A stretch of DNA of 64,000 bases from NCBI GenBank assembly GCA_043228905.1, contig JBHGNT010000020.1, positions 1,364,001 through 1,428,000 on the forward strand, given 5' to 3'. The first letter of the stretch is position 1. Each line of letters opens with the position of its first letter. The stretch comes from Azolla caroliniana (lineage: Eukaryota > Plantae > Polypodiophyta). Both the position numbers and the translations under genes were made by a program. Shown here piece by piece: positions 36,685 to 49,800 of the stretch. The notes beneath the pieces were generated by a model, which was not told the origin of the DNA, did no database searches, and saw nothing but the letters and a program-made list of their open reading frames with translations.

Positions 36685-37102
36685 TGTTGTTCTCTGACCG
36701 GACAAGGCCTAACACAAGGTGTCACGGAGACACTTCACCAAAGGGTGATTACGGCATAGGATTATGACTCAACGATTACACCGACTTAAGTAGGTTACAC
36801 GATTAGAGCGCTTTTGTTAATTACACGCGTAAGATATAACAGTAATTACAGAACGGAAATCAACACAGAAGTATAAACACAATACGCTCTATTAATTATC
36901 CGCTACGATTACAATGGGGTCCGGGCCTTTAAATAGGTTTTCGGCCCGTAGTACAAAACGGTGCCTATCGCACCTATTCGGGATCCGTCCGGATCTGGAA
37001 CGGCATACCGTTTCCAGTCCGTCCGTCCACACTATGCTTATTTACAACCATACTTAATTAATTCCTTCACTCCGTATTTTGGACTCCTTGCCGGCCGGTA
37101 AC
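36685..37102 (-). repeat. Gypsy 5' LTR, lacking its outermost base
   Basis: Ends GGTAAC|TAG, against GGTAACA in the other LTR. Confidence 0.95.
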
Positions 37103-37357
37103 TAGTCCACGATCCATACGAAACAAATTCTCCAAACTTGTCAATGATGCGAGTGGATCTCAAACCACCCAGATAGAAAAAAACCTCGAAGCAAAACACC
37201 CAACTTGCACATATCAACTGCTAACGTCAACTTGACAACACGGAGAATGTGACATTGCGTTCCACACTTGCCCAATAGGACACTCCTAGTGTGGTAGTCC
37301 GGGTTGCTTTCCTTGTCGTTGTTACCAACCCCCTGTCTGAACAAGTGATGCAAGGTC
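37103..37357. repeat. 255-bp exact duplicate of 16303-16557 flanking the Gypsy element
   Basis: TAGTCCACGATCC...GATGCAAGGTC is identical on both sides, offset 20800. Confidence 0.95.
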
Positions 37358-37858
37358 CGCAACGTGGAACGTGCTCCCCACCCCCACGTTCCTCTCGGGA
37401 TTAGATGGAGAGAGCTCGAAGGCTCCCAAGGACACTTCTTTGGAAGGAGGTAGTACGGACACCGGGCTATCTACGTTCATCGATGTAGCACACTTGGAAC
37501 CATATGTGTCCCATTGTAGCCCCCACGTGCTTAGTGTTTGAGTGCTAGTGGGTTCTAGTTTAATGTGCACGTGCCCACACACCCCTACATGCACGTGCGA
37601 GTGCACACATTTATGTATACATGTTATCGTTGCTCGACAAGTTCTCACGCGAGAAGGAGAATGTGCTATAGGTTGCGCCCAAATTGTCTAGGAACAATAT
37701 GACACCTAGGACTAGTCTAGACGTGTGGGAGGGTGGACTAGTTGGAATAGGTCTTGGTGAGTGACATGCATGTGCTCTGATTGCATGGCCATGTGTATAT
37801 AAAGGTCGAGGGAGCATTGTCAATGCAATCCATTAGGAGACAAGCACTCAGACATACC

Positions 37859-38669
37859 TGTACCGGTGTCGTGCCTTTCGACACTAGATCATTCCGTGAG
37901 TCGGGTGGAAATCGCCAAGGTTTTGGACTAGGAGGAGAATTTAAGATAGATAAACATATGAATAGATTGAAAGAGAGAGAGATGGAAAACTCGTGAATCC
38001 CACGAGCATAATGTATGCATTTTATTACTATTTAGAAACTCTAATAGTTTTTACAAGAAACAACCCAAAATTTCCATACCCCAATTACATTTTGCGTCCC
38101 TCCTTATATAGTGATGGGAGAGGTTAAGTATGGTAAGCCTCATGCCTTTTTATTCTAACTAAAGTGTTCATGCACACTAGAGGTGCATGAGTAGCTTTTT
38201 CTATCATGCATTTTCTAAAAGTGTTCATTTACACTAGATGTACATGAGTAGCTTTTTCTATTAAGTTTTTTTTTTCCTAACTATAGTGTTCATGCATGCT
38301 AGATGTGCCTGAGTAGCTTTTGTTTTCTAACTACAGTGTTCATGTACGCTAGATGTGCATGAGTAGCTTTTTCCTAGAAAATATGCTTGAGGATAACCTT
38401 TTTGTATATGGGTTAAAGCACGCTAAAGGGTACCAACTTTTGGCCAAAATTTTAGTACTCATTCGATGAGGAAGAAAACTTAAAAATGTAAAAAATTTCC
38501 AATATTGTTGTTTTAAAAGTTGATCATCACTTCAAAAACTTAAAATTAAAAGTCATATTCAATGAAAATGGATTTCAAATCTGAAAAAACATTGGACATC
38601 CTTCCATTGTTATGTCTGTGTCCAAGTGTCCCTCTTGTAGTCAATTTCATTTGAGGTTGTCGGTCCACA
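37859..38669 (-). mobile_element. LTR-like fragment with a ~45-bp motif repeated 4 times
   Basis: TGTACCGG...CGGTCCACA ends, minus-strand TATA (~38105), AGTGTTCAT...CTAGATGTGCATGAGTAGCTTTT-type repeats at 38155-38375. No clear TSD. Confidence 0.5.
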
Positions 38670-38720
38670 ATCCTAGGTAATGTTGTACGGGGATCTTAAT
38701 CGTGAAGATAATCAATCAAT

Positions 38721-38757
<37 letters not shown>

Positions 38758-39018
38758 AGCTCTCTGTAAGTTCACTCTGGCCATCGTTTTCTACATTATA
38801 TAGCTCATTGGAAAGCTCTTTCAGCGAGCTTTCTAAAGAATGTTCATTTATTGAATTTCGTTACCGTGGCGAGAAGTTATGAGCATTTTCATCTGTAACC
38901 ATCTTTGCCTCACGGTTCCTCAAACGCAAGGTAGATTTTGAAGCTCTAAATCGAGTGAAAGGTACATTTTCTCCCCTTCCCTCTCTGTCTCTCTCTTCCC
39001 GTAGGGTTTGTCCCTACA

Positions 39019-39888
39019 ATGGCAAATACTCGTAAAGCCGCCGCAAAGTTCAAGGGTATGATTGATAATGAGCCGAGATCACCAACAAATCTCGATTCCA
39101 ATGCAATGGACAAAATGCTTATGAGTCACTTGATTTCTTTTGAAGAAACCATAAACAAGCAAGGTGAAGAGATTAGGACGTTAATGAAAGAGAATGCTAA
39201 GTTCCAAAGTGTTGTCATTGAGAATGAAAGTCTTAAACAAGTGGTTGCAAAACTTCAAGAAGAGATTCAAGAATGTAAAAGAGCTTCTTTCGAAACAAAT
39301 GAGTGCCTTAACAAGATTGAGTTAAAGGAAGCATTAAATGAAGAAAAATTGGACACGATGAGGCGAGATGTAAGTGAGAGGAAAAATGTATGTACAACGA
39401 AGTCATGGGCCGATGTATGTGGTGGGGATGTGCTATCAAATTCATCTAATATGCATGTGATGCATCAAGAGAAGAATATAGAAAGCATAGATGTCCGAGA
39501 ATTGAAAGAACGTGAACGACGATCAAAGAACATTGTCGTCCGTGGGATTAAAGAAGAGAGTATGGAAACACCCGCATCCCTTGGAAAGGTCATTGGTGAA
39601 TTTTTTAGCATGCATTATGGGATGTCAGATGTGAATGTATATGGGGCACACCGAGTTGGGAAACATGGTGTTACTCACTCCGGAGAAAGGCCTATTGTAT
39701 GCACAATGACAGATGATACAAAGCGGCGGATCATACTCGAAAATAGTTCGGTATACCTCAAAGGTACTCAATGCTTTGTGAGTGAAGATCGTATTATCTC
39801 ACAATAAAATGCTCTCCGTAAAGCATATGAAGAAACATTGAAAAACAAGGTTAAGGATGTGCCTAAAGATGGAAATGTAGGCAAATAG
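39019..39888 (+). pseudogene. LINE ORF1 (one internal stop at 39805-39807)
   Basis: Coiled coil, RRSKNIVVRG, HRVGK...RPIV, FVSED motifs. Confidence 0.85.
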
Positions 39889-42800
39889 GGACACGTGATC
39901 TATGAGACTAACCCACGCCTTTTATGACTATGCTTTTGGAATTGCAATGGATACCCATGGAATGCGGGATTTGGCATAGATGAGTTCACCGATGACTCGG
40001 ATATCACACTTCTTGTTGAAACATGGGAGCATGATACTAAAAGGATTCAAGGTTTAGGAAACTATAATGTACACTTTTTGATATGGAAGAAAAATCTAAG
40101 ACAAAGAAGAGGACAAGGAGGGGTGGCATGTTTGATTAAGAAGGAAATGGAGAAATATGTGTCAATCATAAAAAATGATGAACATAAATGTTACATATGG
40201 CTCAAAATAGAAACACCTAATGATTTTCCCACTTTTGTAGTTGGATGTTACATTCCTCATCAAGATTCTAACTTTTATGCTTGTTTGGATAAAGGTCAAC
40301 CTTTTGCCAATCTAGAAGACGATGTTGCTTATTTCAAATCCAAAGAGGAAGTTATTGTCTTTGGTGACATGAATGCTCATACAAGACGTTTCCAACTTGA
40401 TTCACAAGAATCTTTCATGCCACATATCTCAAGGATGCAAGAGGATATGCAAATGTATAGTCGCTCTTCTAGCGATGAAAAAGATCCGGACCAATTTGGG
40501 AAGTTACTCCTACAAATGTGCAATAGTACCGGATTGCTTATTACAAATGGTATTTCCTTATGGCCCAACACTAATGGTTTTACATGTAGAAAACACAACG
40601 GAAATAGTGTGATTGACTATGTGCTACTTTCTGAAGGTATTTTGGATCGTACACATAAATTCTCACTTGGTGAATGGACACCGGAATCCGATCATAGGCC
40701 TTTATGTATTGATCTCAAATGTATGCATAAGTTTGATTGTGAGAAGGCTATTGAAGTTAATAAACAACCGCACTTGAGCATGAACCTTAAACGAGCACCC
40801 ATGTATTCCAAGATGGTTGAGGATATGTTACAAATGACAAAGATACAACATGGTGCCACACTAGAACGCAAATGGGAAGCTTTCAAGAAAGTCATTCTCT
40901 CATGTACAAACAAATGTTTTTTGACCCCTTATTCAAAGAAAGAGAAGAATATGGGAAGTTACTCAACAATTTATCCAAACGCAAGAGAAATCACATGCAT
41001 GTGCTAAAATTTGGGGAAATCTAAAGGGGAAACGTGTTGAGAGTTATGGTGACTTAACTCTTCACGACTTGTCTATGCATTGTAAGAATTTATATGAGTT
41101 ATCTCTTGCCGGAGTGATGATGTGCTATGGTTCTCTTTCACATATGCCTCCCTTCTTTACAATTGAAGATATATGCATAGGACTTAAGAAATTGGCCTCT
41201 CGAAATGCAAGCGATCTTCAATGTATAAAGGCTAAAATGCTAAAATGGACGGGAAAGGAAGCACATATATGGATAAGTGATATGTTTAATGATGCATTGC
41301 AACATGGTATGCCGTACGATTGGAGTACAAATTGGATCAAACCTTTACATAAAGCTAGAGATATAAATAATGTAAACAACTATCCAACCATCATGGTTGT
41401 CTCATTAAAGGCAAAACTATTTGGATGTATAATGGAATCAAAGATAAGTCTATGGGCTGAAAACAATGGTAAGAGAGCTTATGGAAAAGCTGGCTTTCGG
41501 AAACACCATAGCACCATGGATCACCTTATCACCTTTCGAGTATTAATGGAGGAAAGTCGCCTTAGAGGTAAAGGTTTATATTTTTGCTTTGTAGACTTCA
41601 AGAAAGCTTTTGATATGGTACCTCATGAGCATCTTTGGAGGCGAATGGAAGAACTTGAGGTGCCAAGTGAATATATGCTTGCAATTTCCCTAATTTATGA
41701 GAAGGTTATATGTTGTGTGCACATGAGAGATAAACTTTTAGATTTTTTCAAAAGCACTATTGGTGTTAAGCAAGGATGCCCACTCTCACCAACACTATTT
41801 GGTCTATGCATTGATGAATTGGAAGAAATGGTTACCAAGTTTGCAAAGGAAGAATGTGTTGAAGAAGTTGCCCTTGGTAATGTTGTGATTATGCTTTTGC
41901 TATATGAAGATGATGTAGTGTTTTTTGCAAATACTTTACGAGATGCACAAAAGCTTATGAAGGCATTGGAAAAATTTTGCATGCATACTAAATTAAGTGT
42001 CAAAAGCTCTAAAACTAAGATTATGCTTGTGAAGAGACAAAAAAGAGATAAACCATGCATTATGTACAACAATGAGCCACTTGAATGTGTGGAAAGCTTC
42101 ACATATCTTGGCCTTGAGGTTCCTTCAAATCATAGATGGAATGAATGTGCTACATGCCCCTCAAAGGTGGGTAAGCGAGCATACTATGCATTTGAGAACA
42201 CATGCAATCTTGGAGATATGAAGTGTTGGGTCCTCAAGAAATATCTTTTCGACACTTTGGTGACACTAGTTCTTCTCTATGGGGTGGAAGTATGGGGCGG
42301 TAGCATCCCTAAATCTATGTGGAAAGAGTTTGAAAATGCCCAAAAACATTTTCTTACAAAGTTTCTACAAGTTAAGAAACAAACGCCCTACACCCTCCTC
42401 CTTGAGATGAGATCGCTTCCCATTGAGATCATGGGCATGGAAAGGGTTGTTGAATACATGCTTAAGGTTCAAAAAATTCCCTCACATTGACTTCCTAGAA
42501 TTGCGTGGGAAGCAAGCAAAAAGATCCAAAAGAAGCATAAAAGCAAAATTTTGTGTTCCGGTTGGATGCAAGATATAGAAAAATGGTTTGGTAGATGGGA
42601 TGCAAGACACTTGCTTCATGATACATCATTAGATTCCTTTGTAAATGAGGCCTTTTTGCAATGCCAATGTATCATGACATGGGACAAATGTGGAGGTTCA
42701 CGCTTCACACATTATACTACACATGTTGCACCTAACTATAAAACCATATTCTTTGCGGAACGGGGAAATCGTACACATCGATACATGTTAGAGCCCATAC

Positions 42801-43123
42801 CGTTATCTACCATTCGAACCATTGCTTCCATGCGACTTAGCTCACATGCATTGCGATGTGAAATAGGGCATTGGGGCACAAGTTATGAGAGTGGTCGGCT
42901 ATGCACACTTTGCCCTAAACAAGTTCGCGAGTCTGAGTATCACACTTTGATACAATGCTCTGCCTTTGATCATATTCGACGATGCTTTCCACATCTCTTC
43001 GACCGAGCCCAATCCTTGCATGAATTCCTCTTACAACCACAATGTGCACTCTCGATTGCAACATTCATTGGTAAAGTTCTTGAACATCGAGAGTCACTAC
43101 TCACTTTCACACGTATCACGTGA
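39889..43123 (+). pseudogene. LINE ORF2 (endonuclease, RT, zinc finger), disrupted
   Basis: WNCNG, ETW, GGVA, GDMNA, VIDY, SDH; GFRK, FVDFKKAFD, GVKQGCPLSP, YEDD (from YADD), YLG. Confidence 0.9.
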
Positions 43124-44699
43124 AATGTAATATTTTTGGTCTCATAGGTCATATTTGACCTCCAAAGACGATAATATAATCTCAGTCTCTGTCTCTGTCT
43201 CTGTCTCTGTCTTTCTGTCTGTCTCTCTCCTTCCCCCTTCTACTCGGTGATTCCCTAGGTTCATACCTCCTCTTTCTCTCTCTCACTCTTTCCTCCCCCC
43301 TTCTACTCGTTGTTTCCCTAGGTTCGTACCTCCTCTCCCTCCCTCCCTCTCCGTCTCTCTGTTCCACCTTCTGCACAGGTTTCTCCGCGTTCTTTGCTCA
43401 CTCTGCAAACTCCAAGCATTCCCTACTCGTCGTGTCCTCTCTTCAACAATAGTACGCTTGTTATTTAACCACGTTCTCTACAAACTCTCCTTGTCGTGAC
43501 CCATCTGCATCCTCCAAGTGTTCTCTACTCACTGTGTCCTCTTTGCATCGACCTCTGCTCTGCTGGCCACATTCTCTCTCTCTCAAGTGTTCTCTGCTCA
43601 TTGTGTCCTATTTGCATTGATCTCTGCTCTACTGGCCGCATTCCCTCTACCTCCAGGTGTTCTCTATTCACTGTGTTATCTTTGCATCGACGTCTTTGAA
43701 CAACCTGTGCTCGTTTTGTTCCCTCTACTTGGTGTGTTCATTTGCTTGCAACCCGTGCTTCAAACGTGTCCCCTCTGCAACGACTTGAGCAACGACATTT
43801 GCAACCATAATGACATTTGGGAAGGTAATCCTGCTTTAGGTTTACTTTCATGTTTTGCTACATGTTCGATTCTGTCTGTTGTTGTTTAGGGTTTTGTTGT
43901 TGTTGTTGTTCGTGTTGTTCTCCTTTGATCATTTGAGAGTCTTGTACATGCATATGCTTAAATTTGAGAGTCTTGTACATGCATATGTGATTTTCTGCAA
44001 GTGCTTGAATTTTGTACATGTTGATGTCATATGGAAAGAGGGTTCTATGATGGTACAATGCAATATTCTTGTAGGTTTTGTTAAATGATCTTGTTCTTGT
44101 ACTTGTTCTTTTCTATCTGTGGTTGTCCTTTTTGTTGTTCTTGTTTTTTGTGTTATTCTCCCTTAATCATTTGAGAGCCTTGTACATATATATGTTTGAA
44201 TATGAGAGTCTTGTACATGCCTATGTCATGTTCTGCATATGCATGAATTTTGTACATGTTGACATATTGAAAGAGGGTTCTTGATCTTGTTCTTGTCTAT
44301 CTGTGGTTGTCTTTTTTGTTGTTCGTATTGTTCTTGTTTTCCTACCTGATTTAGTATTGTTATGATGCATGTATATGCTGTGTATCGGGAGTTAACATTA
44401 TATTTCATGTTCGGCATTTCCTTGAATTTTATACATGTTGACATATGGAAAGAGGGTGCGTTGTTGGAGTTCTTGGTGTTAAATATTATTGTGTTGAGGT
44501 TAAATTGTTGTTGATGTTTGTGTTTTCCTCCTATGTGCACTTTTAAGATAGTCTTATACATGCTTGAATCTTGTTGTTGAGCCAACTTGCAGTATGTTTT
44601 GGGTTGTTATGTCCAATTGTTGTTCTTATTATGCCTTATTTACTGCAATGATGAAAAATGACAGTTGTGCATGATTTAATGTTAATTACTATTGTTGTG

Positions 44700-45215
44700 C
44701 GTGTGAGGCGAAGAAGAGAGACAAGACTCACATGACAAGGAAGACACCCACGAAGAAGAAAATGGTCAAAGAAAAAGCCAACACACTGTGCAAGGAAAGA
44801 AAAAGGACCCCCCTCAAAGAAAGTTAGATGACCCCCACTAGAGGGAGGTCGAAGTTTTCAACAACTCAGGGCAAGAAGATGTACACAAACATCCTTCGAG
44901 GTACAAAATTAGGATGGGGTAATTTCCTTCATGCACGACCTGACACTTATGAAGACCTAGACATGTGGATGATGAAAACTTGGGGCTCATCACAATCCGA
45001 GACAATGAGAGGTTTCCACATCACTCAATTGAACAAGGATTATATCACTAAACTAAAGTCACATTATGAACAAGTTTATGATACGAAACATGTCCGAAAC
45101 AATGAGGTAAGAACTATTTTTGCAGGTACATTTGCATGTGAACTCCATGCTGGCATTGAAGTTGATTGGGAAGATTTTGCTCATCATCAATCATCACATT
45201 ATAGACAACCACAAT
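44700..45215 (+). pseudogene. Truncated exon of an unknown, probably transposon-associated, gene
   Basis: Coding-like composition after AT-rich, intron-like sequence (possible donor GAAG|GTAATC ~43765); YEQVYD...FACELHAGIEVDWEDFA; cut by the Copia D remnant. Confidence 0.35.
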
Positions 45216-46505
45216 TACTTCTTCGACCGGTCCCGGATGATGTGCATCCCCAGTATATGTCTTGTCAGACCCAAGTGTTTCATTGAGAAGGTCCGGTTAT
45301 GGGCCTTCTTCAACATCTGTATCTTGACTTGGTCTCGTCCGACAATCAACATGTCATCCACGTACAGGAGCAATATCAGGAAATCTCCTCCATCAAATTT
45401 CTTCACAAACACGCAGTGATCGGCCTGTGTCTTGTGGTACCCTTGATCGGTCATGAAGGAGTCAAACTTCCGGTACCATTGCCGGGGAGCTTGCTTCAGT
45501 CCGTATAAGCTCTTCTTCAGCTGGCACACCAAGTGCTCCTTCCCTTTCTTCTCAAATCCTTCTGGTTGATGCATGTAGATCTCTTCTTCGAGGTCTCCGT
45601 GTAGGAATGCCGTCTTGACGTCCAATTGCTCTACCTCGAGGTCCATGCTTGCGGCTATGCCCAATACCGTCCGGATGGATGTCATCTTTACTACCGGGGC
45701 AAAGATCTAATCGAAGTCCACTCCTTTCTTCTGCTGGAAACCCTTCACCATGATTCGGTCCTTATACCTTGGTGGATTTCCAGCGTCTCCCGGTTTCAGC
45801 TTGTACACCCACTTATTCCGGAGTGCCCTCTTTCATTTCGGCAACTCCACCAATTCGTATGTGTGGTTCTCATGCAGGGAATCCATCTCATCCTGCATGG
45901 CACTCAACCACTTGTGGTTGTGGGTGTCTCCCCTTGCTTCTTCAAAGCTTTCCGACTCCCCCTCATCGGTTAGCAACACATGCTCTGCATCCGGAAATCT
46001 TCGGCGGCTCTTCTCTCCCGGACAGGATATCTCCGTCCTTGGTTTCTGACTGTTGGTTCCTCCGTTTGTTCCGAATCCGATTCCGACTTGGGATCTTGTC
46101 CGGTTCCGGTGTCTTCTTCTTCTTCTTCTTCTTCTTCTTTAGTCAGTTCGGTTTCCTATCCGTATCCGGCAGTTTGTCGAGTGTCATCCAGTTACCGGCT
46201 AACATCCGGTTTTCAACCGAGTATATCCTTATGTCCTCAAGCCGGTTTTCAATGGATGATCCGGAGTTCATTAACTTCTTCTCCGACTCCCAATCGGCAT
46301 TGGTCCTGTCTTCCATGAAGACTATGTACCGACTCCATAACACCTTTCTGTCGACTAGATCCCACACCCGGTAACTAAACTCATCATCGTCGTATCCAAG
46401 GAATATGCGAGACACCTGAACACCTTCAGATGCCGGTAAGACACATCATTCTTGGTCCTTACTTTCTGCGGTGAGTCTCCGTCCAAGGGTACTAAGGGTG
46501 ATCTG

Positions 46506-46790
46506 TGTTGGGAACTTGACGTTCCTTATGTCCGACGCTCGGCCACAACCGAGATTCTTTACATACACAGCAAAACAGGTAATTAAAACGCGACACAAAA
46601 GAGGAGAAATGGTGCACAGGAGGTATACGTGGAAAACCCCAAAAAATTAGGGGGAAAAACCACGGCAGCCCACAAGCTGCAAACTGTCACTATGCAGAAG
46701 TATACAACAGTGAGATCACTGAGGCAACGACCTCGTGCTCTCAGATCTTCGCCACAGCCGGCGGTTACAACAGAGGCAGGCAACGACCTC

Positions 46791-46831
<41 letters not shown>

Positions 46832-49800
46832 CAGTTACGCGCTCTGATTTCTTCTTGCACCAACAAGGAAGAAAAATAACAACTAGAATGACTGTACAAA
46901 ACAACAACACACACGTATAACTAAAAGTTTGCCCTAAGTCATATTTTACTAATATGACTTTTCGGCTATTTACAAATGTAGCCTTGATGGGCTCCATCCG
47001 GCTCTCCGCAGTCGGGTACTTCCCATCCGGTTCATACCGGGCCTACACCATCCGACTCTCCGCAGTCGGGTACTCCTCATCCGGCTTTCCGCAGTCGTGT
47101 ACTCCTCATCCGGCTTCATACCGTTTCGGCCGAGGTCGATAGACCTCGGCCGAGTTTGTTCGTCGGCACTGTTCTTCTCCCTTCCCATCCGGAGGGACCT
47201 GTCTACCAACAAACTCCCCCTTCACTCCGGCATGGGGTGTCTTTCCAGCCCGATCCTCTTCCGGCATGCGTCCAGTTTGTCGGGTGTCAGCACTTTGGTC
47301 AGCATATCTGACCTGTTCTCGGCCGTGTGGATCTTTGCCAATGCGAACTCCTGGTCATCTACCCTTTCCCGGATCCAGTGATACCTCCGCTGGATATGCT
47401 TCGTCCGGGAATGGTAGGCTGCATTCTTAGCAAGGTGGATGGCACTTTGACTGTCGCAGTAGAGTCGGTATTCCTCTTGCCGGATACCGAGCTCCCCGAT
47501 GAAGTCCTTCATCCATAATATTTCCTTGCCGGCTTCCACAGCTGCCATGTACTCCGCCTCTGTGGTTGACAATGCAACCGTCTTTTGCAGCCTCGACTGC
47601 CACGAGACAGCTCCCCCTGCATATGTCATCACATACCCGGATGTAGACGGGCTGGTATCCACATCAGCCGACATGTCCGAATCAGTGAAACCGTCCAGTT
47701 GAGGTTTTCCGGTGCCGAATCGGAGACACATATTTGAAGTGCCCTTCAAATACCGGAGTATCCACTTGACCGCGTTCCAATGCTCCTTGCCGGGGTTGCT
47801 CATAAACCGGCTCACCACTCCGACTGCGTATCCAATGTCCGGTCGGGTACAAACCATTGCGTACATCAAGCTCCCGACGGCAGAGGCATATGGAATCTTC
47901 ATCATATCTGCCTTCTCTCCTTTTGTCTTCGGGCTTTGCTTGCCGGACAACTTGCAGTTTGCCGGAAGTGTCGATCTGACCGGTTTTGCATCTGACATGT
48001 TGAACCGGTGAAGCACCTTTGTCACATACTTCTCCTGTGACAGCCATAGTTGCTTCACTGACCGGTCCCGAATGATGTGCATCCCCAACATCTGTCTTGC
48101 CGAACCCAAGTCCTTCATTGAGAAGGTCCGGTTGAGAGCCTTCTTCAGCATCCGTATTTTTCCTTGGTCTCGTCCGACGATCAACATGTCATCCACGTAC
48201 AGGAGGAGTATCAGGAAGTCCCCTCCTTCGAACTTCTTCACAAACACGCAGTGATCGGCCTGCGTCTTGTGGTACCCTTGATCGGTCATGAAGGAGTCGA
48301 ACTTCCGATACCATTGCCGGGGAGCCTGCTTCAGTCCGTACAGGCTCTTCTTCAACCGGCATACCAGGTGCTCCTTCCCTTTCTCCACAAATCCTTCCGG
48401 TTGCTGCATGTAGATCTCCTCTTCGAGGTCGCCGTGAAGGAATGCCGTCTTCACGTCCAGCTGCTCTACCTCGAGATCCATGCTTGCTGCTATACTCAGC
48501 ACCGTCCGGATGGAGGTCATCTTTACTACCGGGGCGAATATTTCGTCGAAGTCCACGCCCTTCTTCTGCTGGAACCCCTTCACCACGATCCTGGCTTTGT
48601 ATCTCGGGGGGTTGCCGGCATCTCCCGGTTTCAACTTGAACACCCACTTGTTTCGAAGTGCCCGCTTTTCTTTCGGCAGCTCCACCAATTCGTACGTATG
48701 GTTCTCATGCAGGGAATCCATCTCATCCTGCATGGCACTTAACCATTTTCGGCTGTGGGTGTCTTCCTTCGCTTCTTCGAAGCTTTCCGGCTCCCCCTCA
48801 TCGGTTAGCAGGACATGTTCTGCATCCGGAAATCTCCGGGGCGCCCTTCTCTCTCTGAGAGGATATCTACGTCTTCGGACTTCGGTAATCGGTTCCTCCA
48901 TTTGCTCTTCATCCGAATCCGATTCGGGGTCTTGACCGGTTCCGGTCTCAGCTTCCTCTACTTCTTCTTCTGCCGGTTCGGTATCCTTTCCGTAACCGGC
49001 TGGTTCCTCGAGTGCTAACCGGTCTCTTGCCGGTTGGGTCTGCTCATTGTAGAGTCTATCCTTACCGGTCGACTCGGAGTTCACTATCTTCTTCTCCGAC
49101 TCCCAGTCGGCGAGCGTCTTGTCCTCCATGAAGATAATATCTCGACTCCGGAATACCTTCTCGTCGACCGGGTCCCACACTCGATAGCCGAACTCATCGT
49201 CATCGTAACCGAGGAATATGCATGGCCGGGTCTTTGGATCTAGCTTTCCTCTCCGGTCCTTTGCTACATGCACGTACGCGAGACACCCGAACACCCTTAG
49301 ATGCCGGTAGGACATTTCCTTACCGGTCCATACTCTCTGTGGCGTGTCTCCGTCCAGGGGTACTGAGGGTGATCTGTTTATCACATATGTCGCCGTCGAC
49401 AGTGCCTCAGCCCAAAACTTCTTGGGTAGTTTTGCATGCGTTAGCATACTCCGGACCCTCTCCATTATGGTCCGGTTCATCCTCTCGGCCAGTCCGTTTA
49501 GTTCCGGCGTCTTCGGCACGGTAAATTCGAGCCGGATTCCCTTCGAGCGGCAGTACTCCTCGAACTGCCCCCGGTACTCACCTCCGTTATCTGCTCGAAC
49601 CGCCTTCAGCTTCCGGCCGGTTTCTCTTTCCACTCTCGCGTGGAGCTCTTTGAAGACGGATAACACCTGATCCTTAGTCTTCAGCGGTGTGGCCCACAGC
49701 TTCCGGCTGTGGTCATCTATGAACGTCACGAAGTACTGCGCTCCGGCATGTGACTTCGTGTCTACTTGACAAACATCCGTATGCACCAACTCCAGTGGTG

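Larger units (their letters stand above)
16558..37102 (-). mobile_element. Ty3/Gypsy non-chromovirus-type LTR retrotransposon with an extra 3' ORF, hosting nested Copias
   Basis: LTRs 16558-16976 and 36685-37102 (3 substitutions seen). Order gag-PR-RT-RH-INT. PBS TGGCGACCAC. No chromodomain or second RNase H visible. Confidence 0.95.
38757..43180 (+). mobile_element. Near full-length degenerate LINE, RTEX-like
   Basis: Coiled-coil ORF1 with ERERRSKNIVVRGIKE, then APE endonuclease, RT and a C-terminal RLSSH...CTLC...HTLIQC finger. Bordered by CT-rich microsatellites. Clade is inferred from motif memory. Confidence 0.9.
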
